Numbered from the stretch's first letter, positions 9,302 through 19,549 are shown. The stretch: 64,000 nt of DNA from Acutalibacteraceae bacterium (GCA_050946835.1 JBMNVN010000004.1:72062-136061), one strand, 5' to 3'. The notes: generated by a model from the sequence alone, not told the origin. Translations and numbers: made by a program.

Positions 9302-10495
9302 ATGCGTTCATCCGACAGTATCATTAAAAAAACCGAACATTTCGGCGCCGCCAACTATAAACCCAAGGACGTGGTTATCCACAACGCCTCGGGCGTTATG
9401 GTTTATAATCCGGAGGGGGAGGAGTTTTTTGATTTGCTCAGCGCCTACTCGGCTCTTAACTTCGGCCACAGACATCCGGAGCTGATTGAGGCCGCCAAAC
9501 AGCAGCTCGACAAAGTTACCCTGACCTCACGCGCCTTCCACAACAGTGTTTTAGGGGATTTTTACGAGAGCCTCTGCGCTCTGACCGGCAAAGAGATGAT
9601 TCTGCCCATGAACACCGGTGCGGAAGCGGTGGAAACGGCAATAAAAACCGCACGGCGCTGGGGTGCGGATGTTAAAGGCGTGAAAGAAAACAAACAGGAA
9701 ATAATCGTTTGTGAAAACAATTTTCACGGCCGCACCGTTACCATAGTCACCATGAGTACGGAAGAAAGCGCCCGGCGGGGCTTCGGCCCCTTTACTCCCG
9801 GCTTCCGCCCTATCCCCTACGGCGATGCCGAGGCTTTGGAAAAAGCGATAACCCCCAACACCGTAGCCTTTTTAGCGGAGCCTATTCAGGGTGAGGCGGG
9901 CGTAATTGTCCCGCCGGAAGGCTACCTTAAAGCGGTCCGGAAGATTTGTTCGGAAAACAATATTCTTATGATAGCCGACGAGGTGCAGACCGGCTTTGCC
10001 AGAACGGGCAAAATGTTCGCCTGCGACTGGGAAGACGTTATTCCCGATATTTATGTTTTGGGCAAGGCTTTGGGCGGGGGCGTACTCCCCGTTTCCGCCG
10101 TTGCGGCGGACAGGGATATTTTGGGGGTGTTTGAGCCGGGCTCCCACGGCTCCACATTCGGCGGCAACCCCTTGGCCTGTGCGGTTGCGCTTAAAGCAAT
10201 AGAGATTGTCCAAAGGGATGACTACCCGAAACAGGCAAGGGAAAAGGGCGAATATTTCATCAAAAAACTCCGGGAAATTAAAAACGACGATATAGTCGAA
10301 ATCCGCGGCAAGGGTCTGCTCATAGGCGTTGAGTTTAACTGTTCGGCGGAAGGCTATGTGCAGGCGCTTATCGCCAACGGCGTTTTGGCTAAAGAGACGC
10401 GGGAAAACACAATCCGCTTTGCCCCGCCGATAATCATCAGCTACGAACAGCTTGACGAAGCGATTAAAAGAATTAAAAAGGCTTTGGAAAAATAA
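9302..10495 (+). CDS. rocD: ornithine--oxo-acid aminotransferase (class III PLP aminotransferase)
   Basis: 397 aa. Motifs seen: GAANYKP, MNTGAEAVE, IADEVQTGFARTG, and STFGGNPLA after the LGKALGGG Lys region. Confidence 0.88.
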   Translation: MRSSDSIIKKTEHFGAANYKPKDVVIHNASGVMVYNPEGEEFFDLLSAYSALNFGHRHPELIEAAKQQLDKVTLTSRAFHNSVLGDFYESLCALTGKEMILPMNTGAEAVETAIKTARRWGADVKGVKENKQEIIVCENNFHGRTVTIVTMSTEESARRGFGPFTPGFRPIPYGDAEALEKAITPNTVAFLAEPIQGEAGVIVPPEGYLKAVRKICSENNILMIADEVQTGFARTGKMFACDWEDVIPDIYVLGKALGGGVLPVSAVAADRDILGVFEPGSHGSTFGGNPLACAVALKAIEIVQRDDYPKQAREKGEYFIKKLREIKNDDIVEIRGKGLLIGVEFNCSAEGYVQALIANGVLAKETRENTIRFAPPIIISYEQLDEAIKRIKKALEK

Positions 10496-10515
10496 AAAAC
10501 TTCATATAAAAATCG

Positions 10516-10555
10516 AACTCCCGATTCACCTGCAATTTTGTCAATCGGGAGTTTT
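10516..10555 (+). terminator. rho-independent terminator after rocD
   Basis: Perfect 11-bp stem: aactcccgatt (10516-10526) pairs with aatcgggagtt (10543-10553), followed by a run of Ts. Confidence 0.7.
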
Positions 10556-10588
10556 CTGTCAGGCAAAAACATTCGGGCAGACCCGTTT

Positions 10589-11518
10589 TCAGTCCGAATC
10601 AGCCCATGCATAATGGCGGAAATATGCATTAACAAACATCGGCCCCATATCGAGGGTGTGAATCAGCGCTCCGTCAGCGGTGGGCAGTACGGTCAGCCCC
10701 TCCGCCTCGCCGCCCTTGGCAAGGTTTTGCTCAAAAAGTTTTTCAACCTCCCCCGTCACGGGGTCAATGCGGTACACCGGCTGACCCTCTTCCTGGGTGA
10801 CTGCATAGAGCTGCCCCCTGTACACCTCTCCCCCTTGAATTTTATGCACGGCGGTTGAAAGGGGAACGGTTTTTACAAGTTCAAAAGTATTTAAGTCATA
10901 AACAATAAGGGCGGGGGAATTATCCCGCCGGGCCGAATAGAAAAGCCCTCTTTCACCGTCCACTGCAAGCCAGGGGATGCCGTTTTTTTGCAGTTCGGCG
11001 GATAAGATATGATACTCGATAAAAGCAAGCGTTTCGGCATCATAGACGGCGGCAATGGGGTATTTCCAGACCTTGCTGTCCTCAATGGCGGCATAGATTT
11101 TGCCGTCATGGCAGCTTATCCCCCCGATGTGGGCGGAGCCGTATTCTTCCCGCAGCTGACGGGGGATTGCGTTGATGTTCATGGCGGTTTCCGTCCTGCC
11201 GTCCATCTCTGTTTTTATAAGGCTGAATCGGGCGCTGAAATAGTAATTTTCCCCATCGGTTGTAACATCCTGGGAGTGGGTGTAAGAACTTAAAAACAGA
11301 AGGTCCTGACTGGCGACAAAATTTTCCGGCGGGTCGGTGCCGGCAAAATCAATAATCCCCGCAGTCAGGCTTACAAAACCCGTTAGCAGGCCGATAATTA
11401 AAGACAGAATAAAGCTTCTTTTAATCACGGCGCGTGAAATATTCAAAAAAGCAAGCATGTCAAACCTCCGACGAGTGTTCTCACCGTAAATAATAGCAGC
11501 AGAGGCTTTTTGCGTCAA
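10589..11518 (-). CDS. membrane-anchored hypothetical protein, beta-propeller-like repeats
   Basis: 309-aa ORF. It has an N-terminal TM (FILSLIIGLLTGFVSLTAGII). Repeated hydrophobic-Gly-x-hydrophobic-Tyr strand patterns (GKIYAAIED, GLFYSARRD, GQLYAVTQE) suggest propeller blades. The start is possibly the internal Met at 11458. Confidence 0.5.
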   Translation of the reverse strand: MTQKASAAIIYGENTRRRFDMLAFLNISRAVIKRSFILSLIIGLLTGFVSLTAGIIDFAGTDPPENFVASQDLLFLSSYTHSQDVTTDGENYYFSARFSLIKTEMDGRTETAMNINAIPRQLREEYGSAHIGGISCHDGKIYAAIEDSKVWKYPIAAVYDAETLAFIEYHILSAELQKNGIPWLAVDGERGLFYSARRDNSPALIVYDLNTFELVKTVPLSTAVHKIQGGEVYRGQLYAVTQEEGQPVYRIDPVTGEVEKLFEQNLAKGGEAEGLTVLPTADGALIHTLDMGPMFVNAYFRHYAWADSD

Positions 11519-11684
11519 TGATTCGGGGACGACAGAGTGAAGAAAAACCGTTTAGTTAAAGTTTTTATCTAAAATGCAAAAACTTACCATTTATTCGGTC
11601 AAAATTGTTGTAAAAAACTTTGGCCTGTGCTACTCTTTTGGGTAGTGGATTATCCTTAAAAAATGTTGGTAACGGAAAGGGTTT

Positions 11685-13052
11685 TTGGCGTTTATTATGG
11701 AAGCAAAGTGTAATTGCGCTTATTATCCCACGGTAGTGGTGCCCGGCATAGGCAACTGCAGAGCTTATGAGGTGGACAAAGAGGGCAATCGTCTGCGTAT
11801 GGCGTGGCCGCCGGACATAGATAAGGAGGCGGCAAAGAAGCTTAAAAACTCCCTGATTTTGCCCGGACTGAGGATGTTAATTCTGCGCCGTGATTCGGGC
11901 TTTTCCAAAAAAGCGGGCAAGGCCGTTGCCGAGGTTCTGGATATTATGGCAAGCACTCCGGAGGGGAAGTACAAGCACAATGTTCAGGTGGAAACTTTTG
12001 ACGGTTCCGTTGCGGAATGCACGGAGGAAGAAAAGGGCTTTATTTACCGTATGCTCCCCCTCAAGCCTTTAGCCGAGCTTATAGGTGAAGACCACCTGTT
12101 TTATTTTTCTTTTGTCGCTATCGGCAACACTGCGGAAACCGCGGAGCGGCTGAGAGAATACATTAAGACGGTTAAAGAAAAAACCGGCCACGATAAGGTG
12201 AACATTGCCGCCGTTAGTTTGGGCGCCACAATAACTTCCGCTTATCTTGATAAATATGCGGCGGACGGAGATGTAAACAGAGTTGTGGGCGTGGTGCCCG
12301 CCTTTGACGGTTCCGCGGTTGTATCGGATATTTTAAAAGGCAATATAGCCTATGAAGATTATGAGATTCTTTTTAATGAACTTTTAGGCAGAAAAACTGC
12401 GGAGAAAATTATTAAAGCAGTAAAACTTTTGCCGAAAAATGTTCTTAAAAAGTTTATTGAAGCGGTTATTGCCGCAGTGGTTGAGGCGGTTATCCTTAAC
12501 TCCACCACCATGTGGGGGATTGTGCCCGCAGCCGAATACAAGGCTTTGAGCGACAAATATTTAAGCGGTTCCGAACAAAACAAAATCAAGGAAGAGGCGG
12601 ACAGATGGTGCAGGGTAAGGAGCGACTTCCCCGCCCTTGTAAAAAAAGCGAGGGATAACGGAACCGGGATATTTGTTCTTTGCGGCTACAACAGGCCCCT
12701 TTTCAAAGTGGTAAATTCTTCAACCTTACATTCGGATATGGTGGTGCATTCCGCCTCCGCCTCCCTGGGTGCGCATTTTGCCCCTTTGGGGGAGAGTTTT
12801 CCGTCGGATTACAGACAGCAAAATCTCCACTGTACGGAACCCGCCCACAACCATATAAATGAGCAGCGGGATGCAGACGCTTCCGTCGGCGCCGCGCCGG
12901 ACACCACCTGGTTTTGGCGGGATATGGAGCACGAACAGGCGGCGGAAAATGAACACTTGCTGACTTTAATGAAGCTGCTGTTGGCGGACGACTCCATTAA
13001 AGACGTCTTTCAGCGGGAAGAGTTCCCGCAGTTTAATATTTTTAAAAAATGA
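11685..13052 (+). CDS. lipase/esterase-like alpha/beta-hydrolase, paralog 1 (no signal peptide)
   Basis: 455 aa. It shares VVPGIGN, GHDKVNIAAVSLGATI (a nucleophile-elbow-like xxSLG), a D-x-V-V-H motif and a D/E-H-E motif with the next two genes. The start is TTG at 11685 or ATG at 11697. Confidence 0.65.
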   Translation: MAFIMEAKCNCAYYPTVVVPGIGNCRAYEVDKEGNRLRMAWPPDIDKEAAKKLKNSLILPGLRMLILRRDSGFSKKAGKAVAEVLDIMASTPEGKYKHNVQVETFDGSVAECTEEEKGFIYRMLPLKPLAELIGEDHLFYFSFVAIGNTAETAERLREYIKTVKEKTGHDKVNIAAVSLGATITSAYLDKYAADGDVNRVVGVVPAFDGSAVVSDILKGNIAYEDYEILFNELLGRKTAEKIIKAVKLLPKNVLKKFIEAVIAAVVEAVILNSTTMWGIVPAAEYKALSDKYLSGSEQNKIKEEADRWCRVRSDFPALVKKARDNGTGIFVLCGYNRPLFKVVNSSTLHSDMVVHSASASLGAHFAPLGESFPSDYRQQNLHCTEPAHNHINEQRDADASVGAAPDTTWFWRDMEHEQAAENEHLLTLMKLLLADDSIKDVFQREEFPQFNIFKK

Positions 13053-13100
13053 CAGGCTCGGAGTATTTGACACCGGCAAATTAACTGGAGGTTGTAAAAA

Positions 13101-15026
13101 ATGAAGAAACTTTGCGCCAGACTGACAGCGGTTCTGCTCAGCTTCGCCCTTTTGTTTTCGGTTACGGCGGTTTTCCCTGCGGAAATCGCTACCGCCCCTG
13201 CCGTCACCGCAGCGGAAAAAGCTTCTTCCGCTGAAGTTGCTTGCGAAAACACGGTCATAGAACCCTCAGCCGTAAAAAATGCAGCGGAGGAGGGGACGGG
13301 AGCGAAAGCGGCAGCCCCGTGTTCGGCAAAGAACGGAGTTTTGACTCAATGCGGGGGGGATTGCGAATATGCCCCCTCGATTGTGGTGCACGGCATAGGG
13401 CAGTCGGAACTCTACGAACTCGACAAAGACGGCAACATTAAATACAACAAAGACGGCAAGCCTATTACCGCCTGGCCGCCGATGGTAGATGTTGATGCCG
13501 TTATTGAGGCCCTTGCCTGGCCGCTTATTTTCAGCCTGATTACACAGAAAGACTGCGGCCTTTCCGACAGAGCGGCGGAAACGGTAAAGGATGTATTTGC
13601 CTCCATATCCAACGGGCCTGACGGGATGAAAATAGGCAACTCGCAACTGGTTCGTTATCCCCAGAGTTTAGCCCGGTGCACACAGGAAGAAAAAGATTTT
13701 ATTTATAAAAGTATGCCCCTGAACTCCTACACCGCAGTAGCCGGGGAAGACCATATGTACTATTTTGCCTATGACTCTTTCGGCAACAACCTGGCAATAA
13801 CGGAAGAGCTTTATGACTTTATTCAACACGTTAAGCAGGAAACGGGCCATGACAAAGTCAATCTGGTACCGATAAGTTTAGGCGGAACCATAGCCGACTC
13901 CCTGTTCGAATTTTATCCGGAAGTATATGACGATTTAAATCGGGTAGTTTACATTGTGCCCGCTGTAAACGGCAGCGCCATTGTCGGTGATATTTATACC
14001 GGCAACCTGAGTTTGCAGGACCATATGTTATACAGGGATTTGCTCCCCTCCGTTATGGACGGCTACACGGGCTATCTGGTAAACATTGCCTTGCGTCTGC
14101 TGCCGAAAGACGTGCTCCGGGCGGTATTGGACAAGGCTATCGGCTCCCTTTTGGAAAATGTTTTGGTTAACTGCACCATGATGTGGGGCTTGGTACCGGG
14201 GGAATATTATGATGAAGCGGCGGCGATATGGCTGTCCGGCCCCGAAAAGGCGGAGATTAAACGGCAAACCGACCTCTTCCATCAGGCACAGACCAATTAT
14301 AAGGATAATATTCTTAAGCTGATTGACAGAGGCATAGAGGTATTTAACATTGTAGACTACAACTACGCACTTTATTCCATTGCCGGTTCCTGGCAAGAAT
14401 ATAATGCGGACGGCATCATTCATCTGGATTCCACATCCATGGGAGCCGTTTCAGGCTATGTGGATACCCCGCTGCCGGACGGCTATGTTCAGCAAAGATA
14501 CCCGGAATACGACTTTATATCCCCCGACGGGATTGTGGACGCCTCCGCAGGGCTGCTGCCTTTCACCACCTGGTATTTCCGCAATCAGGACCATGAGAGA
14601 ACCGGTGGAAACGATGTAATCATAAAGCTCGCTACCGAACTTATGCTGGATAACAACTTCGACTCCGTGTTTGATAAGCCTGACCGATTCCCTCAATTCA
14701 ACGAGGCTAGGGACGGGAAAAGTTTTATCAGGGATATTGAAAGAGCACGCATGATAGACCAAAGCGCATTAGACCCGGAGGACGCCGCAGAACTGCAGGC
14801 GGCAATAGACCACGCCCAAGCCGTGATGGACAATACGGTGGTTGTGCCCGGGGAATATGAAGCCGCAAGGGAAAGACTGTTTGCCATTGAAGTAAAAATC
14901 GGAATGCGCAATCCTCCGAAAGACAAAACCGGAGAAGAAATCGCCGCCAAAATTTGCAAATTTTTGAGCGATGTCATATATGCAGTCTGGGGGCCGAGAG
15001 GTTTTTCGGACTGGGGATTGAGATAG
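13101..15026 (+). CDS. secreted lipase/esterase-like alpha/beta-hydrolase, paralog 2
   Basis: 641 aa. Signal peptide MKKLCARLTAVLLSFALLFSVTAVFPA, then CGGDCEYAPSIVVHGIGQS, GHDKVNLVPISLGGTI, ADGIIHLDS and NQDHERTG. It is collinear with paralog 3. Confidence 0.7.
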   Translation: MKKLCARLTAVLLSFALLFSVTAVFPAEIATAPAVTAAEKASSAEVACENTVIEPSAVKNAAEEGTGAKAAAPCSAKNGVLTQCGGDCEYAPSIVVHGIGQSELYELDKDGNIKYNKDGKPITAWPPMVDVDAVIEALAWPLIFSLITQKDCGLSDRAAETVKDVFASISNGPDGMKIGNSQLVRYPQSLARCTQEEKDFIYKSMPLNSYTAVAGEDHMYYFAYDSFGNNLAITEELYDFIQHVKQETGHDKVNLVPISLGGTIADSLFEFYPEVYDDLNRVVYIVPAVNGSAIVGDIYTGNLSLQDHMLYRDLLPSVMDGYTGYLVNIALRLLPKDVLRAVLDKAIGSLLENVLVNCTMMWGLVPGEYYDEAAAIWLSGPEKAEIKRQTDLFHQAQTNYKDNILKLIDRGIEVFNIVDYNYALYSIAGSWQEYNADGIIHLDSTSMGAVSGYVDTPLPDGYVQQRYPEYDFISPDGIVDASAGLLPFTTWYFRNQDHERTGGNDVIIKLATELMLDNNFDSVFDKPDRFPQFNEARDGKSFIRDIERARMIDQSALDPEDAAELQAAIDHAQAVMDNTVVVPGEYEAARERLFAIEVKIGMRNPPKDKTGEEIAAKICKFLSDVIYAVWGPRGFSDWGLR

Positions 15027-15057
15027 ACGAGAACAATAATAAAGGACGGAATTCTTA

Positions 15058-16941
15058 ATGAAAAAACGGAGGTTCCGCACGGGTTCAGTTTTACTTAACG
15101 CCTTAAAAATTATTTCCGCCGGTGCGGTCGGGGGCGGGCAAGGGATTATTCCCCCGGCAAAGCCGAACACCGAAGACGCCGATAAAAGCTCCGCCGTTTC
15201 CACTTCCGAGGGAGCTGCGGAAATTCTGAACCATGGGGATTCCCCCCGCAATACCGCTGAAAATGAACCCCTGACCGCTTGCGGCGGAAACTGCGGCCAT
15301 GCGCCCACAATAATCATACCGGGCATAGGTCAGTCCGATGTATTTTTGCTCGACGAAAACGGCAACCGGGCAAAAGGCAAAAACGGAAGGGATATAAATA
15401 CCTTCCCCGCTGTTTTTGAAACCGATAATCTTATTAAGCCCCTTGTATGGCCTTTGATAAGAATGTTAATCACCCGGCGGGATAAAGGGTTTACGGACCT
15501 GGCGGCAAAAGCCATAGGCAAAGCTATTGCCAAAAACGCCATCGGTTTTAACGGGCAGCCGGTTAATAAAGTGGAAGTCAGGCGCTTCCCTCAAAGCGTC
15601 GGGGCTTGCAGCGAAAATGACCGCCGGGATATTTACAACACTATCCCTTTACAGGACTTTTCGAAAGTTGCAGGAGAAGATCATCTTTACTATTTTGCCT
15701 ATAACTCTTACGGCAACAACTTTGACAATACAAAGGCCCTTTACGAGTTTATTCAGCAGGTCAAAAGGGAAACGGGGCACGGCAAAATCAATATCGTCCC
15801 CATAAGTCTGGGCAGCACCATTACCGTCAGCCTGATGGAACTATACCCTCAGGTGAGCGATGATTTGGACAAAATTTTTTTCATCGTTCCCGCATTGGAC
15901 GGTTCCCGTATGGCGGGGGATATATACAAAGGCACGCTCAGGCTCCATGACGAGGCTCTGTATAAGACGCTTATGCCCTCCCTCATGAGCGATAACGCCA
16001 ATGCCTACCGTATCAATGCGCTGCTGCACATTTTCCCAAAGCAGGTTATCCTTGACCTGTTGAATAAAACAGTTGAACAGTTGAAGGAAGTTGTGATGCT
16101 TAACTGCACCATGCTCTGGGGGCTGGTACCGGGTGAGGACTATGACGCTCTTGCCGGGAAATACCTTACAGACCCCGCCCGTGCGGAAATAAAGCGGCAG
16201 ACGGATGTTTACCGTAAGGCGCAGATGAATGTCCCCGCCAACATTCAGACCTTTATTGACCGGGGAGTTAAGATTTTTGATATTGCGGATTACAACTTTC
16301 CCATATACTCAATTGTCCCCTCCCACGACACCCATAACGGTGACGGACTTATCCACCTGACTTCATCCGCCCCCGGCGTCACATGCGGCTACCTGGATAC
16401 TCCTCTGCCTTCCGACTACGTTCAGCAGAATACCCATTGTTCCGACCCCGGCAAGCACAACCACATATCCCCCGACGGAATTGTTGACGCTTCCACCTGT
16501 GTTTTGGCGGAAACCACGTTTTTCTTCTACAAGCAGGACCACGAGGGCACGGGACGCAATGATGTTATTATGAAGCTCGCCACCGAACTGCTGCTCTATG
16601 ACCGCCTCAGCGATGTTCACGCCATGCCTGAAAAATTCCCGCAGTTTAACGTGGGCAGAGAGACAAAGTGGCTTCGCATCGACTTTTTACCCAAAGCAAA
16701 AGAGGTTGACCAAAGCAGTTTGAGTGCGGAAGATGCGGCGGAGTTGCAGGGAGCCATTGAACAATGTGAGAGCATGCTTGACAATACCGTGGTTGTCCAT
16801 TCCGATTACACCGATGCGGAAAAACGTTTGCTGGATATTCTGATAAAAATCGGCGTGAAAGAAGCGCCGAAAGAGAAGAAATTGAACAAGTTTAAAAAAG
16901 CATTCTGGAAACGCCTCAGCAACACACTCTGCAAACAGTAA
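15058..16941 (+). CDS. secreted lipase/esterase-like alpha/beta-hydrolase, paralog 3
   Basis: 627 aa. Motifs seen: CGGNCGHAPTIIIPGIGQS, GHGKINIVPISLGSTI, GDGLIHLTS and KQDHEGTG. Its C-terminal helical extension is shared with paralog 2. Confidence 0.7.
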   Translation: MKKRRFRTGSVLLNALKIISAGAVGGGQGIIPPAKPNTEDADKSSAVSTSEGAAEILNHGDSPRNTAENEPLTACGGNCGHAPTIIIPGIGQSDVFLLDENGNRAKGKNGRDINTFPAVFETDNLIKPLVWPLIRMLITRRDKGFTDLAAKAIGKAIAKNAIGFNGQPVNKVEVRRFPQSVGACSENDRRDIYNTIPLQDFSKVAGEDHLYYFAYNSYGNNFDNTKALYEFIQQVKRETGHGKINIVPISLGSTITVSLMELYPQVSDDLDKIFFIVPALDGSRMAGDIYKGTLRLHDEALYKTLMPSLMSDNANAYRINALLHIFPKQVILDLLNKTVEQLKEVVMLNCTMLWGLVPGEDYDALAGKYLTDPARAEIKRQTDVYRKAQMNVPANIQTFIDRGVKIFDIADYNFPIYSIVPSHDTHNGDGLIHLTSSAPGVTCGYLDTPLPSDYVQQNTHCSDPGKHNHISPDGIVDASTCVLAETTFFFYKQDHEGTGRNDVIMKLATELLLYDRLSDVHAMPEKFPQFNVGRETKWLRIDFLPKAKEVDQSSLSAEDAAELQGAIEQCESMLDNTVVVHSDYTDAEKRLLDILIKIGVKEAPKEKKLNKFKKAFWKRLSNTLCKQ

Positions 16942-17015
16942 GAGATTTTCACAAGAGCAACTAAAACGAGCCGGCAGGGACTTCTCTGCCGGCAAATTAA
17001 AAGGAGCGCTTAAAA

Positions 17016-17975
17016 TTGAAAAGGATTGTCGCCGCAATACTGATCCTTGCCGCCTTGATTTCAAACCTGTACGCCTGTGCAAAGAATGATGAGGACTCCC
17101 GCATCTCAGTAGTTTGCACCCTCTTCCCACAATATGATTTTGTCAGAGCCGTTGCGGGGGACAAAGTAAAGGCCGAACTCCTTTTGTCCCCCGGTGAGGA
17201 TTTTCGTGAATACTCGCCGGATTCCGCCGACCTTGCCAAAATTGCCGAATGCAGCCTTTTTATCTACACAAACGAATATGCGGAACCCTGGGTAGCCGAA
17301 AAAACGGAAAAGATAAAGAAGAAGAAAAAGGGGCTTATCCTCAATGTCTGCGAGGGCATTCCCATTGATGTAAACCTTGCTCACGATGAGCACCATGAAG
17401 AGCACGAGCACGAGCATGAACATGAGCATGAACACGAACATAAGCACAATCATGACCCCTACGTCTGGGTACTGCCGAAGAATGCAATAAAAATGGTTGA
17501 GAACATAAAGGATACTCTTTGCCGCATAGACCCGGAAAACGCCGGATTTTATACGGCAAATGCGGAAGCGTACAAATTGAATCTGGAAACTCTTGACACT
17601 AAATTCCGTGACACCGTGAGCAGTGCAAAAAGAAAAGTTTTTATCATGGCGGACCGTTTTACTTTGCAGTATTTTGTTATGGAATACTCCTTGGGCTATT
17701 TGGCGGCCCTGAATACATTTTCCCACCGCACCGAGCCGGATGCCGCAACCCTTACAAAATTGAGGGAGGCTGTGTTAAAACAGGGCATACCCGCAGTTTT
17801 TTATCGGGAACTTTCCGACATGAAGACCGCGCGAAAAATCTCCGCCGATACGGGAGCCAGGCTTCTGCAATTCCACGGCTGTGAAAACCTCAGTGCGGAA
17901 GAAACGGAAAATAAAGAAACCTATCTCTCATTAATGCAGAGGAATGCGGAAAACCTGAAGGCGGCGTTGAGTTAA
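17016..17975 (+). CDS. ZnuA/AdcA-type metal (zinc) ABC substrate-binding lipoprotein with His-rich loop
   Basis: 319 aa. TTG start 9 nt after AAGGAG. Lipobox LYAC. Cluster-9 SBP features are present (HDPYVW). The His/Glu loop HDEHHEEHEHEHEHEHEHEHKHNHD is encoded at 17382-17456. Confidence 0.85.
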   Translation: MKRIVAAILILAALISNLYACAKNDEDSRISVVCTLFPQYDFVRAVAGDKVKAELLLSPGEDFREYSPDSADLAKIAECSLFIYTNEYAEPWVAEKTEKIKKKKKGLILNVCEGIPIDVNLAHDEHHEEHEHEHEHEHEHEHKHNHDPYVWVLPKNAIKMVENIKDTLCRIDPENAGFYTANAEAYKLNLETLDTKFRDTVSSAKRKVFIMADRFTLQYFVMEYSLGYLAALNTFSHRTEPDAATLTKLREAVLKQGIPAVFYRELSDMKTARKISADTGARLLQFHGCENLSAEETENKETYLSLMQRNAENLKAALS

Positions 17976-18151
17976 AAATTTTCACTGCCCGCTACTCTCG
18001 GTTAGCATTGGCTAACTTGCACAGAAACACACTTCCAACCTTGTGCATGTCCACGAAAATAACCGTTCTGTTGGATTTGTGCATTTAAATGTTTTATAAT
18101 GCATTCGGTTGGAGATTTTCTGAAACGGAATTGTTATCAAAGGAGGATAAT

Positions 18152-19549
18152 ATGAAAAAGAATCTGTTTAAAAAGATGATTGCGGTATTACTCGCAATGA
18201 CAATGCTCGGCGCTGCGGTTCCCTTCACCGCAACGGGCGCACCCTCGACAGGTGTAGACTACACTATTGTAAACCCCTATGAGGATGTGGATTGGGAAAA
18301 CTGGGGACAATACAAAGCCAACCTGCACACCCACTCTTTGGTCAGTGACGGAAAAGAACATTTTGCCGATATGGTGGAAAGGCACTATGAACTTGGCTAC
18401 GATATTCTGGCAATGACGGACCACGGCACCGTGGACAGGAGCTGGACGGACCTCAACATCAATCCGGGCCTTACCTTCGCCATGAATATCAAAACATTCG
18501 GGAGCAACCCCATACCCCTGACGCCTGAGCGCTTTGAGCAAATCAGCAGCGGTGCCGACAGAGGCGGCCGGGGCATGCTCAGAGCCCCCTACGGCATTGA
18601 ACACAATGCGGCGGCTTTTAACAACACCCATGTGAACTCCCTTTTTGCAGACTGGGGCGATGGCTATTTAGGCGGCACAAGTTACTACGACCATATTCTA
18701 AGAGGTGTTGAAGATGCCGGAGGGCTCAGCTTTATCAACCACCCCGGCGAGTACACTGGCGCAAGAAAAGACAACACCGATGACGCTTATGATACAAGCA
18801 ACATCCGTTATGATTACATTGTTAAAAAGTTTACCACCCTGTTCAGAAACTACGAAAGCTGTGTGGGGATGGAGATTATTAACAAAAACGACAGCAGAAC
18901 AAAAAACGACCGCAAGCTTTGGGATCTTCTGCTGGCCGATGTTATACCGACCGGCAGGAACATTTTCGGTTTCGGCAACAGTGACGCCCACTATCTGGAC
19001 GCCATTGACACCAACTGGAATGTGATGCTAATGCCCTCCAACACGGTGGAAAACCTTAGAATCTGTATGGAAAAAGGCGCATTCTTTGCCGCCAGCCACA
19101 ATATACGGAACCCGAAAGAATTAAAACGCCTTGAGGATGAAACGGGCCTTACCCTGGGCGAAACCTGGGACGCCGACAGGACGTTACCTAAACCCGAAGT
19201 TACAAACATAACCGTAGATAACAGAGAGGACCGCATTGCCATTACAGCCGTCAACCACGAAACTATCCACTGGATTGCCGACGGACAGGTTATTCAGATA
19301 GGCGGCACCATTGACCTGGATAATTTTACCGGTAAACTGGGCAGCTATGTCCGGGCGGAAATCTGGGGCGAGGGCGGCATACTTTATTCCCAGCCTTTTA
19401 TTCTGGAATATGAGGGAGCCCCCACCGCTGAAACATTTTTCTTCTTCGACTTCGGTTGGATACTCCACTATTTTGAAAACCTTTTTTATCGGCTCGTTGA
19501 GGCATCCGTAATCCTTTCATCCCTCCAAAGTTGGGCGCTCAAAGATTAA
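18152..19549 (+). CDS. secreted PHP-family metal-dependent phosphoesterase
   Basis: ATG at 18152 follows AGGAGG (18141-18146). Signal peptide MKKNLFKKMIAVLLAMTMLGAAVPFTATGA. PHP motifs seen: NLHTHS, MTDHG, EHN...H, INHPGE, NSDAH. The ORF track starts earlier, at 18089. Confidence 0.8.
   Translation: MKKNLFKKMIAVLLAMTMLGAAVPFTATGAPSTGVDYTIVNPYEDVDWENWGQYKANLHTHSLVSDGKEHFADMVERHYELGYDILAMTDHGTVDRSWTDLNINPGLTFAMNIKTFGSNPIPLTPERFEQISSGADRGGRGMLRAPYGIEHNAAAFNNTHVNSLFADWGDGYLGGTSYYDHILRGVEDAGGLSFINHPGEYTGARKDNTDDAYDTSNIRYDYIVKKFTTLFRNYESCVGMEIINKNDSRTKNDRKLWDLLLADVIPTGRNIFGFGNSDAHYLDAIDTNWNVMLMPSNTVENLRICMEKGAFFAASHNIRNPKELKRLEDETGLTLGETWDADRTLPKPEVTNITVDNREDRIAITAVNHETIHWIADGQVIQIGGTIDLDNFTGKLGSYVRAEIWGEGGILYSQPFILEYEGAPTAETFFFFDFGWILHYFENLFYRLVEASVILSSLQSWALKD

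Noticed and set aside
17382-17456. The (His-Glu)n coding run considered as a slippage-prone microsatellite or phase-variation tract.
   Set aside because: The codons alternate among cac/cat and gag/gaa, so the DNA is not a perfect simple repeat. His-rich loops are a normal feature of ZnuA-type proteins.
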